Below, in pieces: positions 1 through 8,765 of a stretch of 64,000 nucleotides of DNA. A program made the position numbers and the translations under genes. The stretch comes from an uncultured Candidatus Saccharibacteria bacterium (GTDB lineage Bacteria > Patescibacteriota > Minisyncoccia > Phycocordibacterales > XYD1-FULL-46-19). How positions within the stretch are numbered: the stretch's first letter is position 1; each line of letters starts with the position of its first letter. The notes beneath the pieces were generated by a model. That model saw nothing but the letters and a program-made list of their open reading frames with translations. It searched no databases and was not told where the DNA came from. The stretch spans positions 22,960-86,959 of the forward strand of contig CAZZPK010000003.1 of NCBI GenBank assembly GCA_964655995.1, given 5' to 3'.

Positions 1-98
1 CAAACCTAGTATAATTTGCTATACTGGAAGAAGTGATATAAATGGGCCATGGGGCCTATTTTTAATTGGGACATTGTCAAGACAAGAAAGGAGGGAAA

Positions 99-371
99 AT
101 GAGGACTGTAGTCGTGGCAATTATTGTGGCTACGGTCGTTGTTTTGGTTGGTTGGAGTCTTCGACCAGCCAAGAACGACGAGCCATTGTTTGAGACTCCG
201 GTGGAAACGCCGGCGGTCGAAAAGCCGATCCTGCCCAAGAAGGCTACGCCTTCTCGGAAGGGACCCCAAACCGTCGCTTCCGCTCCATTGTCGGAGCGAG
301 AGCAAAAATTGAAAGATCTTGGTTTTGGCACGACGACTCATAATTGGGTTGTCAAAACGGAAGGGGAATAA
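99..371 (+). CDS. small membrane-anchored protein (N-terminal TM helix, Pro/Lys-rich tail)
   Basis: ORF 66..371; the internal ATG at 99 follows GGAGGG and gives MRTVVVAIIVATVVVLVGW (hydrophobic helix). Confidence 0.4.
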   Translation: MRTVVVAIIVATVVVLVGWSLRPAKNDEPLFETPVETPAVEKPILPKKATPSRKGPQTVASAPLSEREQKLKDLGFGTTTHNWVVKTEGE

Positions 372-374
372 CTA

Positions 375-1409
375 ATGAAGGCGAAATTTTTTACCGCAGT
401 ACTTGCAATTCTCGTTTCGACCATGGCCTCGGCTGGCATCGCCGGCACGGCAGTCTGTTGTGGCGGAGTTGACAGCGAGCAGGCGGCGCGAGCCTTTATC
501 TTGCGCGAGCAAGTCGCGCAGTATTGGGGGTACGCCGGTTTTACCCGCGTGTTAGGTGACGGCTCCAAAGAGCACGTCACGCAGGAATTCCGTCTCGGTC
601 AAGATCTCCGAGTTACTTACTTGGCGATCTGGGTCGATGACGGCCCCACTGTCGTCGTGATCGACGAAGGCGACAAACCACTAGATGGTTTGCCGGCTAA
701 CGAGGTGGGCACGGCCACACAGTTCTATTTGTGGCTCAATGCCTACGATAAAGCGGGGTACCCTGTCGCTTATGGCGGTACGGAGACAATCCCTCTGCTT
801 TTGCCGGGTGACCCGATTATGGTCACGCTTAGGCCGGAGTGGCTGGAGGAGTTTCTCTCATTCCAATTGCCGGCGGGAGCGGATGTGCGCGACGTTGTAC
901 TGTGGATGGGTGACCGCCCAACATACTACGACGAGTATCGAGGCGGGTTTAGTGTTTGGTACGATCCGCTTGACGACCTCGATTATGAGATTGTCAACAT
1001 GCGTACCGGCGAGCGTTATCAGTCCGGTCAAATCGATGTCCCGGCTCCGGCTGGCGACTCGCTGATCAGCGTCAAGTTGATTGGCGGAGTCGAGGAGATG
1101 TTCCTCGACGACAACACCTTCTACTCTCAACAAGAGAGTCTGGATGGCGCTGTCGAGAGAGATGGCGAGATGGTCCCAGCCAAGGTCTACATGGCCCGGC
1201 CACAGGGATTGAATTTCTACGTCTCGACTAGTAATGGTCTCGGCATCGAGATCCGAGCCGTAACTGAATCGGGTGAGGTGGTGCTAGTTGCCTCGAATCA
1301 AGAATCGGGCAACGCATGGCTTTATCTCCCTCCCGGGTTTGACAGGGTGATCGTGACGATCACCGGCGATACGGCTCAGGACTTTTACGTCTGGGCCGAG
1401 CGCTTCTAA
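375..1409 (+). CDS. secreted hypothetical protein (signal peptide MKAKFFTAVLAILVSTMASA)
   Basis: 344-aa ORF with an N-terminal signal-peptide-like segment; a hairpin plus T-tract terminator follows at about 1424-1460. Confidence 0.55.
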   Translation: MKAKFFTAVLAILVSTMASAGIAGTAVCCGGVDSEQAARAFILREQVAQYWGYAGFTRVLGDGSKEHVTQEFRLGQDLRVTYLAIWVDDGPTVVVIDEGDKPLDGLPANEVGTATQFYLWLNAYDKAGYPVAYGGTETIPLLLPGDPIMVTLRPEWLEEFLSFQLPAGADVRDVVLWMGDRPTYYDEYRGGFSVWYDPLDDLDYEIVNMRTGERYQSGQIDVPAPAGDSLISVKLIGGVEEMFLDDNTFYSQQESLDGAVERDGEMVPAKVYMARPQGLNFYVSTSNGLGIEIRAVTESGEVVLVASNQESGNAWLYLPPGFDRVIVTITGDTAQDFYVWAERF

Positions 1410-1423
1410 CCCCTATTTTGTTC

Positions 1424-1460
1424 TCTGGACCCCCGTCTGCTTTGCAGGCTGGGGTCTTGT
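1424..1460 (+). terminator. intrinsic terminator after the 375..1409 CDS
   Basis: ccccgtctgc-tttg-caggctgggg stem followed by tcttgtttttt. Confidence 0.5.
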
Positions 1461-1512
1461 TTTTTATACAACTATAATATATAGTAGTCGGGTACTAAAT
1501 AAATAAGCCCAT

Positions 1513-1671
1513 ATGTCGCAAGACCATTTAATCAAATTAACCTGCAAAAATTGCAAGCGGATCAACTACTGGAGTCGCAAAAATCGCAAGCGGGTAGAGC
1601 GCAAAATCGAGCTCAAAAAATACTGCAAGTGGTGCAAAAAGCAAACCACCCATAACGAGTCCAAAAAATAG
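1513..1671 (+). CDS. rpmG: 50S ribosomal protein L33 (absent from the supplied ORF track, below its size cutoff)
   Basis: Translation is MSQDHLIKLTCKNCKRINYWSRKNRKRVERKIELKKYCKWCKKQTTHNESKK, 52 aa. The CxxC...CxxC zinc ribbon and the LELKKYC core are typical of L33. Confidence 0.8.
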   Translation: MSQDHLIKLTCKNCKRINYWSRKNRKRVERKIELKKYCKWCKKQTTHNESKK

Positions 1672-1697
1672 GCTGGAAGACAGCCTATTTTTGTGCC
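1672..1697 (+). terminator. intrinsic terminator after rpmG
   Basis: ggctggaagacagcc hairpin followed by tatttttg. Confidence 0.55.
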
Positions 1698-1712
1698 ATA
1701 CTAACTTTACTT

Positions 1713-1786
1713 GGGTCCATAGTTTCAATGGTAAAACAGCGGTCTCCAAAACCGTCGTTCCCCGTTCGAGTCGGGGTGGACCCGCC
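1713..1786 (+). tRNA. tRNA-Trp (anticodon CCA)
   Basis: Cloverleaf GGGTCCA...TGGACCC acceptor stem, T-arm GTTCGAGTC, anticodon loop cTCCAaa. Confidence 0.85.
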
Positions 1787-1812
1787 TAGATTTGTGTTAT
1801 CATTAAAATTAC

Positions 1813-4158
1813 ATGGCTATGCCAAATTTTGAAAAACCATCAAATGATGAAAAGATACCGGAAATGAAGTTGATGTCCAATAAGAAGCCTAAAGAACTTA
1901 AATTGCCTGAGGTTATCGAATTACCCGATCTGCGTACCAAAGAGGAGCGCCTGATGGACAAGCGTATCGAGAGAGTGAGGAAAAAAATGGGTAAGCCGCC
2001 GCTAGGTTTACGCGCTCGTTATCCAATCACACCTGATACTCCTAAAGTAGAAGAGTCTAAGCCAAAACTCCGTCCGTCAGCCAATAAGCCGCGGCCACCA
2101 GTTCGCCGGCGCATACCACCGCCCCACGAGGTTACTGAGTATGATGATCAAGGTGATCCGGTCAGTTATTTAAAATCAATAGTTAAAAAGAAAAGTCGCT
2201 TATCTAAAAAGCCGGTTAAGCCACCGGCAAAATCTCAACCCAAATCCCAAAAAGCAAAAGCTAAAAACCCCAAGACCGTTGAGGAGGTCTATCAACAAAT
2301 GTTGATCGATGCCAAAAGAGGTAAAATTAAACCGCCGGAAGACTTGCCGATAGGCGATCCGTTTGATCTGAAAGTTCCCGCTTTTACCAAACCCAAAGAA
2401 GTGCCATTAACCGAGGAAGAGGAAAAATATTTTGAAACGCCGGAAATTAAATCCGTGGTAGATGAGGACATCAGCGAGCCGGAGCATGGCCCAGCAGAGT
2501 ACGAGCATGATTTGGAAGAGATGGATTATAATGAAGAATCTTCTATAACGCCAGAACATATACCACCGTCTGTTAGTCGACGTCCAACTCAAAAATCTAA
2601 AGTGCCGTCGCATTTGCCGGAGGTTGAAGTGGTCGAGCCTACCGCTCCGGTTTATCAAGAAAAAGACTTAGAAGAGGTTTTGCGTATTGGCCACGATAAT
2701 AGAAGAGACCGCGAGCGTGAAGCACAATTTGTTTTAGAGGCCGAGCGTCGGGCCATTGATCCACAAGGTCTAGATCAACCTATTTTAAAAGGTACTCCGG
2801 AGGGTGATGCTTTTGAAGCCTTGCGCGCAAAAGAAAAAGAATTAGAAACTCCCGAAATGCCACCATCTTTGCCAGAGATTAAGCCGGAGGTTGAGAGAGT
2901 GGATGAGGATTTTGGACGAATGATGGGAGAGAAGCCGGTTGGGGAGGAGGCTAAACAGTCGGCGTGGAAGAAGTTTAAGGAGGCTGGCGCCGATTTGGGT
3001 GGCGCCATCGCCGACGAGATTAAAGAAAAGTTTAAGCCGGTGGGCGAGAGATTGCAGAGCGGCGCCGAGAGGGCGGTCAATGCTTGGCGCTTTGCTCGCG
3101 AGCGGGTCAAGGGTGTGGCCACCTTCGGCTTTTGGGAGGTGCATGAGGCGGAATATTTGCGTTCGGAGGTTAAGGGTGTGTCTAAAGAGGCCAGTCGTAA
3201 TACCAAATTATTACAACGAGAACAAAATTTAACTTACGATGATGAGCATGAGGAAGCTAACCGAATGAATAATCTCTATGACCAGTTGGGTATTGAGGAG
3301 CGTAACGCTTTGCCGCCACAGGAATTGTATCGCAATATGGCCAACTGGGTTTCAGCGGAAAAGATCAGTCAAAATAAAGAAATTGAGCAAGAGTTGGTTG
3401 ACGGTGCTCTAAGTACTTTGCGCGAGCGTTTTGCCAAAAAAGTCGATTTTCGTGGCCGGCCGATTTTAACTGAAGAGAAATTATTTAATATTGAGTCCGA
3501 GTTGCGCCGAACCGCTTCCGTTGCTCGTTATACTCAAATTGACCGCGATATTATTAATTACAATAAATTAATCCGCAAAAATCTCGATCCGGAGTGGTAT
3601 CGGCGCTATGTGGCCGGCGGCATCGAGTTTGCATTGGCGAGTGTCGCTTTGGGAGCCGTTGCTTATACAAGCAGCGCCAAGATCGGCGCATGGTGGGGCG
3701 GCCGTATGGCCAAAAAAGCGCTCGGTACTGGTGTTAAACAGGCGGCTGAGCGAGTAATGCACGCCGATGCGCCAACCGGCACCGGCAGTAGTTACGTCCA
3801 AGATCTTATTAAAAAATTCCTTACTCCCACAGCCGCCGGCGGGGTGGAGTTGGAGGATTTGCCCATGCCCGACGAGGAGCTAATAGATAAAGGCGACAAT
3901 ATTTGGAATATTACCAAAGATTATTTGTCTAACCATGGCATTAAAAATCCGACCAATGCTCAAATTTTGGAGGCGGCCAAAGAGGTCGCCAAAGAGAACA
4001 ATATCGCGGTTAAAGAGTGGGGCATTAGCGGCGAGATCTCTGATAGGCAGTTACGTCCCGGTAAAGTCTTGTCGCTTAAGAGTTTAGCCGCCAAGGCGGC
4101 GCTCTTGGCCGGCAAAAAAGCAGTCAAAGCCGCGGTTAATATTGCAATGGAATCTTAA
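1813..4158 (+). CDS. large hypothetical protein, Lys/Pro-rich low-complexity N-terminal third, one predicted TM segment near residue 600
   Basis: 781-aa ORF; strongly biased N-terminal composition (KPK/PPV runs); hydrophobic stretch GGIEFALASVALGAVAYTSSAKIGAWWGG; no recognisable catalytic motif. Confidence 0.55.
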   Translation: MAMPNFEKPSNDEKIPEMKLMSNKKPKELKLPEVIELPDLRTKEERLMDKRIERVRKKMGKPPLGLRARYPITPDTPKVEESKPKLRPSANKPRPPVRRRIPPPHEVTEYDDQGDPVSYLKSIVKKKSRLSKKPVKPPAKSQPKSQKAKAKNPKTVEEVYQQMLIDAKRGKIKPPEDLPIGDPFDLKVPAFTKPKEVPLTEEEEKYFETPEIKSVVDEDISEPEHGPAEYEHDLEEMDYNEESSITPEHIPPSVSRRPTQKSKVPSHLPEVEVVEPTAPVYQEKDLEEVLRIGHDNRRDREREAQFVLEAERRAIDPQGLDQPILKGTPEGDAFEALRAKEKELETPEMPPSLPEIKPEVERVDEDFGRMMGEKPVGEEAKQSAWKKFKEAGADLGGAIADEIKEKFKPVGERLQSGAERAVNAWRFARERVKGVATFGFWEVHEAEYLRSEVKGVSKEASRNTKLLQREQNLTYDDEHEEANRMNNLYDQLGIEERNALPPQELYRNMANWVSAEKISQNKEIEQELVDGALSTLRERFAKKVDFRGRPILTEEKLFNIESELRRTASVARYTQIDRDIINYNKLIRKNLDPEWYRRYVAGGIEFALASVALGAVAYTSSAKIGAWWGGRMAKKALGTGVKQAAERVMHADAPTGTGSSYVQDLIKKFLTPTAAGGVELEDLPMPDEELIDKGDNIWNITKDYLSNHGIKNPTNAQILEAAKEVAKENNIAVKEWGISGEISDRQLRPGKVLSLKSLAAKAALLAGKKAVKAAVNIAMES

Positions 4159-4163
4159 AAATT

Positions 4164-4508
4164 ATGACTATCATGACCATCGCACAAAAAGCAGAAAAGA
4201 TTGGTGAGTTGCTCGCCGCCTCGCCGATCAGCGAGGAGCTTAAGACGGCGATTTTAAATAATTTGGGCGAGATGCCCGAGCGGGCGCTCGATGCTTTACT
4301 TACAGCTTTAACCAACGAGCATCAGCTGTTTGGCAATTTGGCCCTGGAGCTTGAAAAATTCACCGCTCACCAAAACGAGTATTGGCGCGACCTGGAGGAG
4401 GAGCAGCGTGAGGCCGTCGATGATGTGGTGGCCAAGCACGTTCGGGAGCTCGAGGAGGAGCTCACTAAAAGTGATTTGCGCAGCTCTTTAGACAAGTTGA
4501 CAAGCTAG
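4164..4508 (+). CDS. hypothetical acidic protein
   Basis: 114-aa ORF immediately after the 781-aa gene; 3' end overlaps the miaA stop convergently. Confidence 0.35.
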   Translation: MTIMTIAQKAEKIGELLAASPISEELKTAILNNLGEMPERALDALLTALTNEHQLFGNLALELEKFTAHQNEYWRDLEEEQREAVDDVVAKHVRELEEELTKSDLRSSLDKLTS

Positions 4509-5355
4509 GCGATTTAAGCCAGACAATTTGGTGATTACTTTTAAACCAAGTGCGTTGCCGCTTGGCAAAGCGCCAAATATCCTGCTCTAACTCTTTTACC
4601 AGTTCTTGTTTACTGATTTTGCCCTGGAGATGGCGGGCCACCGAGCGATACTCTAAGCCCAGCTCCCCAAGCCTTTTCCAGCTCAAGCCTTGCTGGTGCA
4701 ATTTTTTAACTTCGGCCACCAGCCCCTGCTTGAGGCGCGCCGTCAGCCGCCTGTTTATTTTTTGTTTTAAAATCTGATCGGGTAAATCAAGGCCGATAAA
4801 CAGCGGCTCATACTCGGGTTTGGCTTTAAGCTTAGGCACTCGGCCCAAAGCGCGCGCAATCTCAATGGCTCGGATCAGGCGGCGGGGATTATGCCGGTCG
4901 ATAGTTTTAGCCCGGGCGGGGTCAAGGGCGCGCAGTTTTTGGTACAGTTGGTCGGTTGGTAATTTGGCCAGGATTGCTCGCAATTTGTCATTGGGCGGCA
5001 CCTCGGGCCAAACGAGCCCGCCAACCAAAGCGTCGATATAAAAGCCGGTGCCGCCGACGATAATCGGCGTTTTGTTCTTCTTGATTATTTTAGCAATCGC
5101 TTTCTCGCCTAATTTTTTAAATTGATTTGCCGTAAAGCGCTTTTTAGGCGAGGCGACGTCCAAGAGATAGTGGGGGACGCCCTCCATTTCTTTCTTGCTG
5201 ATTTTTCCACTGCCGATGTTTAGGCCGCGGTAAACTTGGCGCGAGTCGGCCGAGATCACTTCGCCACCTATTTTTTTAGCCAGTTTTACCGCCAAGGCGC
5301 TTTTGCCGGTGGCGGTTGGGCCCACTATAACGATGATTTTTGGTTTAGTCTCCAC
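4465..5355 (-). CDS. miaA: tRNA dimethylallyltransferase
   Basis: P-loop GPTATGKS, the DSRQVYRGLNIGSGK motif and the overall MiaA layout. Confidence 0.85.
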   Translation of the reverse strand: METKPKIIVIVGPTATGKSALAVKLAKKIGGEVISADSRQVYRGLNIGSGKISKKEMEGVPHYLLDVASPKKRFTANQFKKLGEKAIAKIIKKNKTPIIVGGTGFYIDALVGGLVWPEVPPNDKLRAILAKLPTDQLYQKLRALDPARAKTIDRHNPRRLIRAIEIARALGRVPKLKAKPEYEPLFIGLDLPDQILKQKINRRLTARLKQGLVAEVKKLHQQGLSWKRLGELGLEYRSVARHLQGKISKQELVKELEQDIWRFAKRQRTWFKSNHQIVWLKSPSLSTCLKSCANHF

Positions 5356-5378
5356 CCTGCCACCGTAGCGTAAATAAA

Positions 5379-5410
5379 GAGCGCCGGCAAGGTGCAGCGC
5401 ACCTTGCCGG
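5379..5410 (-). terminator. intrinsic terminator (perfect 13-bp stem) downstream of the 5419..5757 transcript
   Basis: ccggcaaggtgcgctgcaccttgccgg followed on the minus strand by CGCUCUUUAUUU. Confidence 0.5.
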
Positions 5411-5418
5411 CTTAAATT

Positions 5419-5757
5419 CTAAAACCAAATTTCGGTATTGTCCTTATAAAGGCATACTTGCACTTCCTGTACTACTGGCCCGTCAACGGCGAGCAGCACG
5501 AGCCATCTCGGTTTGGCAAAGCCCAGACTATGCAGTCCGTCAGCCAATTGGCCGCGCTCCTCGTTCGTCATCAGTCGGCATTGTCCCGGCAAAATAAATT
5601 GGACCACCGACTGTCGGGATAATTTAAGCAAACAGCGCCGGAGCCTGGGGTTTCTGATTAAGGAATGAGCCCCGCGGATTTTTGACTTCCGTCGCCCTCT
5701 TTTTCTTTGTTGCTGGTCGTCTGTCGCCCAAAAGGGCACTACCGCATCTGCCGCCAT
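5419..5757 (-). CDS. hypothetical Arg-rich protein (it could instead be a non-coding transcript)
   Basis: 112-aa ORF; a perfect hairpin ccggcaaggtgc-gc-gcaccttgccgg (5379..5410) and a U-tract on the minus strand lie immediately downstream, supporting a transcript that ends here. Confidence 0.3.
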   Translation of the reverse strand: MAADAVVPFWATDDQQQRKRGRRKSKIRGAHSLIRNPRLRRCLLKLSRQSVVQFILPGQCRLMTNEERGQLADGLHSLGFAKPRWLVLLAVDGPVVQEVQVCLYKDNTEIWF

Positions 5758-5829
5758 ACTGCCTCCTTCTGGGGCACATTCTCGCCCCGCTATGATCTGA
5801 TTTGATTATAGCTAAATAGCCCCAATTGT

Positions 5830-6087
5830 CTAATTTTTAAAATATTTAGCTAACTGCTTCTTAATAAATCGATGCCCGGCGCCACTTTTTAAAAATTTTT
5901 CTCTTCCTAAGGCATCACCTTTATTTAAATACATTTCAGCATAAATGAGTTTTAGCTCGTTTTTAGTACTAGTGTAAGGGCTATGTTTTCTCTTGTGGTC
6001 TTTTAATCTTTGCTTTAAATCATGAGTAAAGCCAATATACCAGGTTTTATCAACTTGATCTTCAAGTATATACACAACAAAAGACAT
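5830..6087 (-). CDS. GIY-YIG nuclease family protein (UPF0213-like), in an AT-rich segment
   Basis: VVYILEDQVDKTWYIGFTHDLKQRLKDH is a GIY-YIG motif; about 33% GC against about 55% in the flanks. Confidence 0.65.
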   Translation of the reverse strand: MSFVVYILEDQVDKTWYIGFTHDLKQRLKDHKRKHSPYTSTKNELKLIYAEMYLNKGDALGREKFLKSGAGHRFIKKQLAKYFKN

Positions 6088-6227
6088 GCTCGTAAAATAA
6101 AATGGACTGACCCCATTTTATCACGAGCCACCTAAAACACTTGGTTACCTGTGGTCGCGCCAAACTTAATCTAGTTTTTGTGGCTGCGCCACGTGACACG
6201 TAGCGTCCTCGCTTTACGTGTTTTACG

Positions 6228-6314
6228 TGGTGCCGCGGGAGAGACTCGAACTCTCACAATCTTGCGATTAATAGATTTTGAGTCTATCGCGTCTACCAAT
6301 TCCGCCACCGCGGC
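6228..6314 (-). tRNA. tRNA-Leu (anticodon CAA), long variable arm, CCA encoded
   Basis: The reverse complement reads GCCGCGGTGGCGGAATTGGTAGACGC...cTCAAaa...GGTTCGAGTCTCTCCCGCGGCACCA. Confidence 0.85.
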
Positions 6315-6366
6315 AATACTCTGCCATCTTAGCAATTTTTAGCCCAAAATCAAACATGTTACAATA

Positions 6367-7323
6367 ATGCCAATGGAGCCCATTTCCCGCGGCGACTCGA
6401 TCTTTTGGATCGAGGTCGACAAAATCAAAGCCAACCCCTTCCAGCCTCGGCATGAGTTTAACGAGGATCGTTTGCGCGATTTGGCCGACTCGATCCGCCA
6501 ATACGGCGTACTCCAGCCTTTGGTAGTGACGCGCAAGGAGATTGAGCGCGAGGACGGCGGCCTCTCGGTGGAGTACGAGCTCATTGCCGGCGAGCGGCGT
6601 CTCCGCGCCTCTAAAATTGCCGGCATTAGCCAAGTGCCCGCTATTATCAAAAGCGGCGAGCAGACCGATAAGATGAAGTTGGAGCTCGCGATTATCGAGA
6701 ACCTCCAGCGCGAGGATCTTAATCCGCTCGATCGGGCGCAAGCGTTCCATCAACTGGTCAACGAGTTTGGCCTCAAACACACCGAGGTGGCCAAGCGCGT
6801 GGGCCGCAGCCGCGAGTACGTCTCCAACACCTTGCGCCTGCTTGCTTTGCCGCAGGTGGCGCTCGACGCTTTAATGTCCGGCCAAATTACCGAGGGCCAT
6901 ACTCGGCCGATTTTAATGTTGGTGGATCGGCCGGAGGAGCAGTTGGCCTTATTCCACGAGATCGTGACCAAGCGCTTAAATGTCCGCGAGTCCGAGCAAA
7001 TTGCCCGTCGCATCGCCTACGACAAAGTGCGCAAAAAAGACACTTTTATCCCGCCGGAGATCATTGAGTTGGAGGAGAAATTGACGGAAAAATTCGGTAC
7101 CCGGGTCAAGGTCGACCGCAAAGACAAGGGCGGGCGAGTGACCATCGACTTTTTTTCCGACGCTGATTTGCGGCACATTTTAGACTTGATGGCTCAAAGC
7201 GCCGAGGCCGCTCCGACTGCCGAGGCCGCCGAGGGTGATCAACAGGAGTCCGACCAGCCGCCGGCGGCGGAGCCCGCGGCGGGCGACGACGAGCTTTACT
7301 CCGTCAGGCATTTTTCCCTTTAA
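6367..7323 (+). CDS. parB: ParB-like partition/nucleoid-associated protein with an acidic C-terminal tail
   Basis: ParB box GERRLRASKIAG and an HTH; no parA/soj is adjacent. Confidence 0.8.
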   Translation: MPMEPISRGDSIFWIEVDKIKANPFQPRHEFNEDRLRDLADSIRQYGVLQPLVVTRKEIEREDGGLSVEYELIAGERRLRASKIAGISQVPAIIKSGEQTDKMKLELAIIENLQREDLNPLDRAQAFHQLVNEFGLKHTEVAKRVGRSREYVSNTLRLLALPQVALDALMSGQITEGHTRPILMLVDRPEEQLALFHEIVTKRLNVRESEQIARRIAYDKVRKKDTFIPPEIIELEEKLTEKFGTRVKVDRKDKGGRVTIDFFSDADLRHILDLMAQSAEAAPTAEAAEGDQQESDQPPAAEPAAGDDELYSVRHFSL

Positions 7324-8765
7324 TTTAATTTTTGGAGATAAGATTTGATATGTTTGCGGGCAAGGCCGGTTTTGACGTGCTCGAGCCACTTTACCGACGG
7401 CCGATTAGACTTTTTAGTCTCAATTAAGATCACGTCATCGTTTTTAAGTACTGTGGTGAGAGCCACAAATTTGCCGTTAACGGTAGCGCCGCTGGCGTGA
7501 TCGCCGATCTCGGAGTGGATCGCATAGGCAAAATCAAGCGCCGTGGCGCCGACCGGCAGCTCAATCACGTCGCCCTTGGGGGTAAAGACAAAAATCCGAT
7601 CCTCAAAAAAGTCGGTTTTAAGCGCGGTCAAATAATCCTCCGAGTGTTGGGCCTCTTTTTGCCATTCCAGCAATTTGTTAAGCCAGGCGAGCTTGGGGTC
7701 GTTTAGGCGCGGCTTTTTGGCTTTGCCGTTTTCGTCATAAATTAAGTGGGAGGCCAGGCCATACTCGGCCTCCTCATGCATATCCTCGGTCCTGATCTGG
7801 ATCTCGGCCATACTGCCGTCGCCGGCAAAGATGGTGGTATGGATGCTTTGATAACCGTTGGGTTTGGGATTGGCAATATAGTCTTTGAGGCGGCCGGAGA
7901 CCGGTTTCCATAAAGTGTGGATGAGGCCTAATACTTGGTAGCAGTCGGCCACCGTCGGCACAATCACTCGCAGGGCCGAGATGTCGTAAATCTGATCGAT
8001 ATTCATTTGGTGGCGCTTTAATTTTTCGTACAGACTATAAAGATACTTGATCCGATATTCGATCTTGATGTCCTTGATCCCTTGGGCTACGGCCTCGCGC
8101 GAGAGAGTGCGATACAATTTCTCTAGCCGCTTAATGCTCTCGCGGCCTTTGGTTTTGCGGAGAGCGGTGACCGCGGCGTACTCTTTAGGGTAAGCGTAGG
8201 GGAAGGCGCCGTCCTCCAAAGCGCCTTTGATCTTCCACATCCCGAGGCGATTGGCGAGCGGGGCGTATATCTCAAGCGTTTCCAGCGCGATCCGCTTTTG
8301 CTTGTCTTTGGGGACATGTTGGAGAGTGCGGATATTGTGCAGGCGATCAGCCAAGCGGATCATGATTACCCGCAGATCTTTGGCCATGGCGACAAATAAT
8401 TTACGCAAGCTCTCAACGTGGCGTTCGACGCCCTGGTATTTTAATTGGCCGAGTTTGGTTACCCCGTCCACCAAAAAGGCGACAGTCTCGCCAAATTCTC
8501 TAACCAAATCGTCGCGCGTTACCGTCGTGTCCTCTAAAACATCATGGAGCAGTCCGGCGGCGATAGTCTCATTGTCGGTCCGGAGGCCGGCTAAGATTTT
8601 GGCCACTTCGAGCGGGTGGGCGATATACTCCTCGCCGGAGAGGCGTTTTTGCCCGTCATGAGCCTTGAGAGCAAAGTGGTAGGCGCGCTCGATTAGTCCA
8701 CTGTCGGTATTTAGAGGCAATAAGTCGATTAACTCTTTAATTTGTGGGGATGGTGATTGGGGCAT
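7320..8765 (-). CDS. rel: bifunctional (p)ppGpp synthetase/hydrolase, short Rel/SpoT form (HD hydrolase, synthetase and TGS domains)
   Basis: HD motif HDVLEDT, synthetase motifs (RLKDYIANPKPNGYQSIHT) and a TGS-like C-terminus. Confidence 0.8.
   Translation of the reverse strand: MPQSPSPQIKELIDLLPLNTDSGLIERAYHFALKAHDGQKRLSGEEYIAHPLEVAKILAGLRTDNETIAAGLLHDVLEDTTVTRDDLVREFGETVAFLVDGVTKLGQLKYQGVERHVESLRKLFVAMAKDLRVIMIRLADRLHNIRTLQHVPKDKQKRIALETLEIYAPLANRLGMWKIKGALEDGAFPYAYPKEYAAVTALRKTKGRESIKRLEKLYRTLSREAVAQGIKDIKIEYRIKYLYSLYEKLKRHQMNIDQIYDISALRVIVPTVADCYQVLGLIHTLWKPVSGRLKDYIANPKPNGYQSIHTTIFAGDGSMAEIQIRTEDMHEEAEYGLASHLIYDENGKAKKPRLNDPKLAWLNKLLEWQKEAQHSEDYLTALKTDFFEDRIFVFTPKGDVIELPVGATALDFAYAIHSEIGDHASGATVNGKFVALTTVLKNDDVILIETKKSNRPSVKWLEHVKTGLARKHIKSYLQKLN

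Noticed and set aside
6268-6780. 170-aa and 103-aa minus-strand ORFs overlapping tRNA-Leu and the parB 5' region
   Set aside because: They overlap a tRNA gene and a strongly supported parB on the opposite strand and have no ribosome-binding site.
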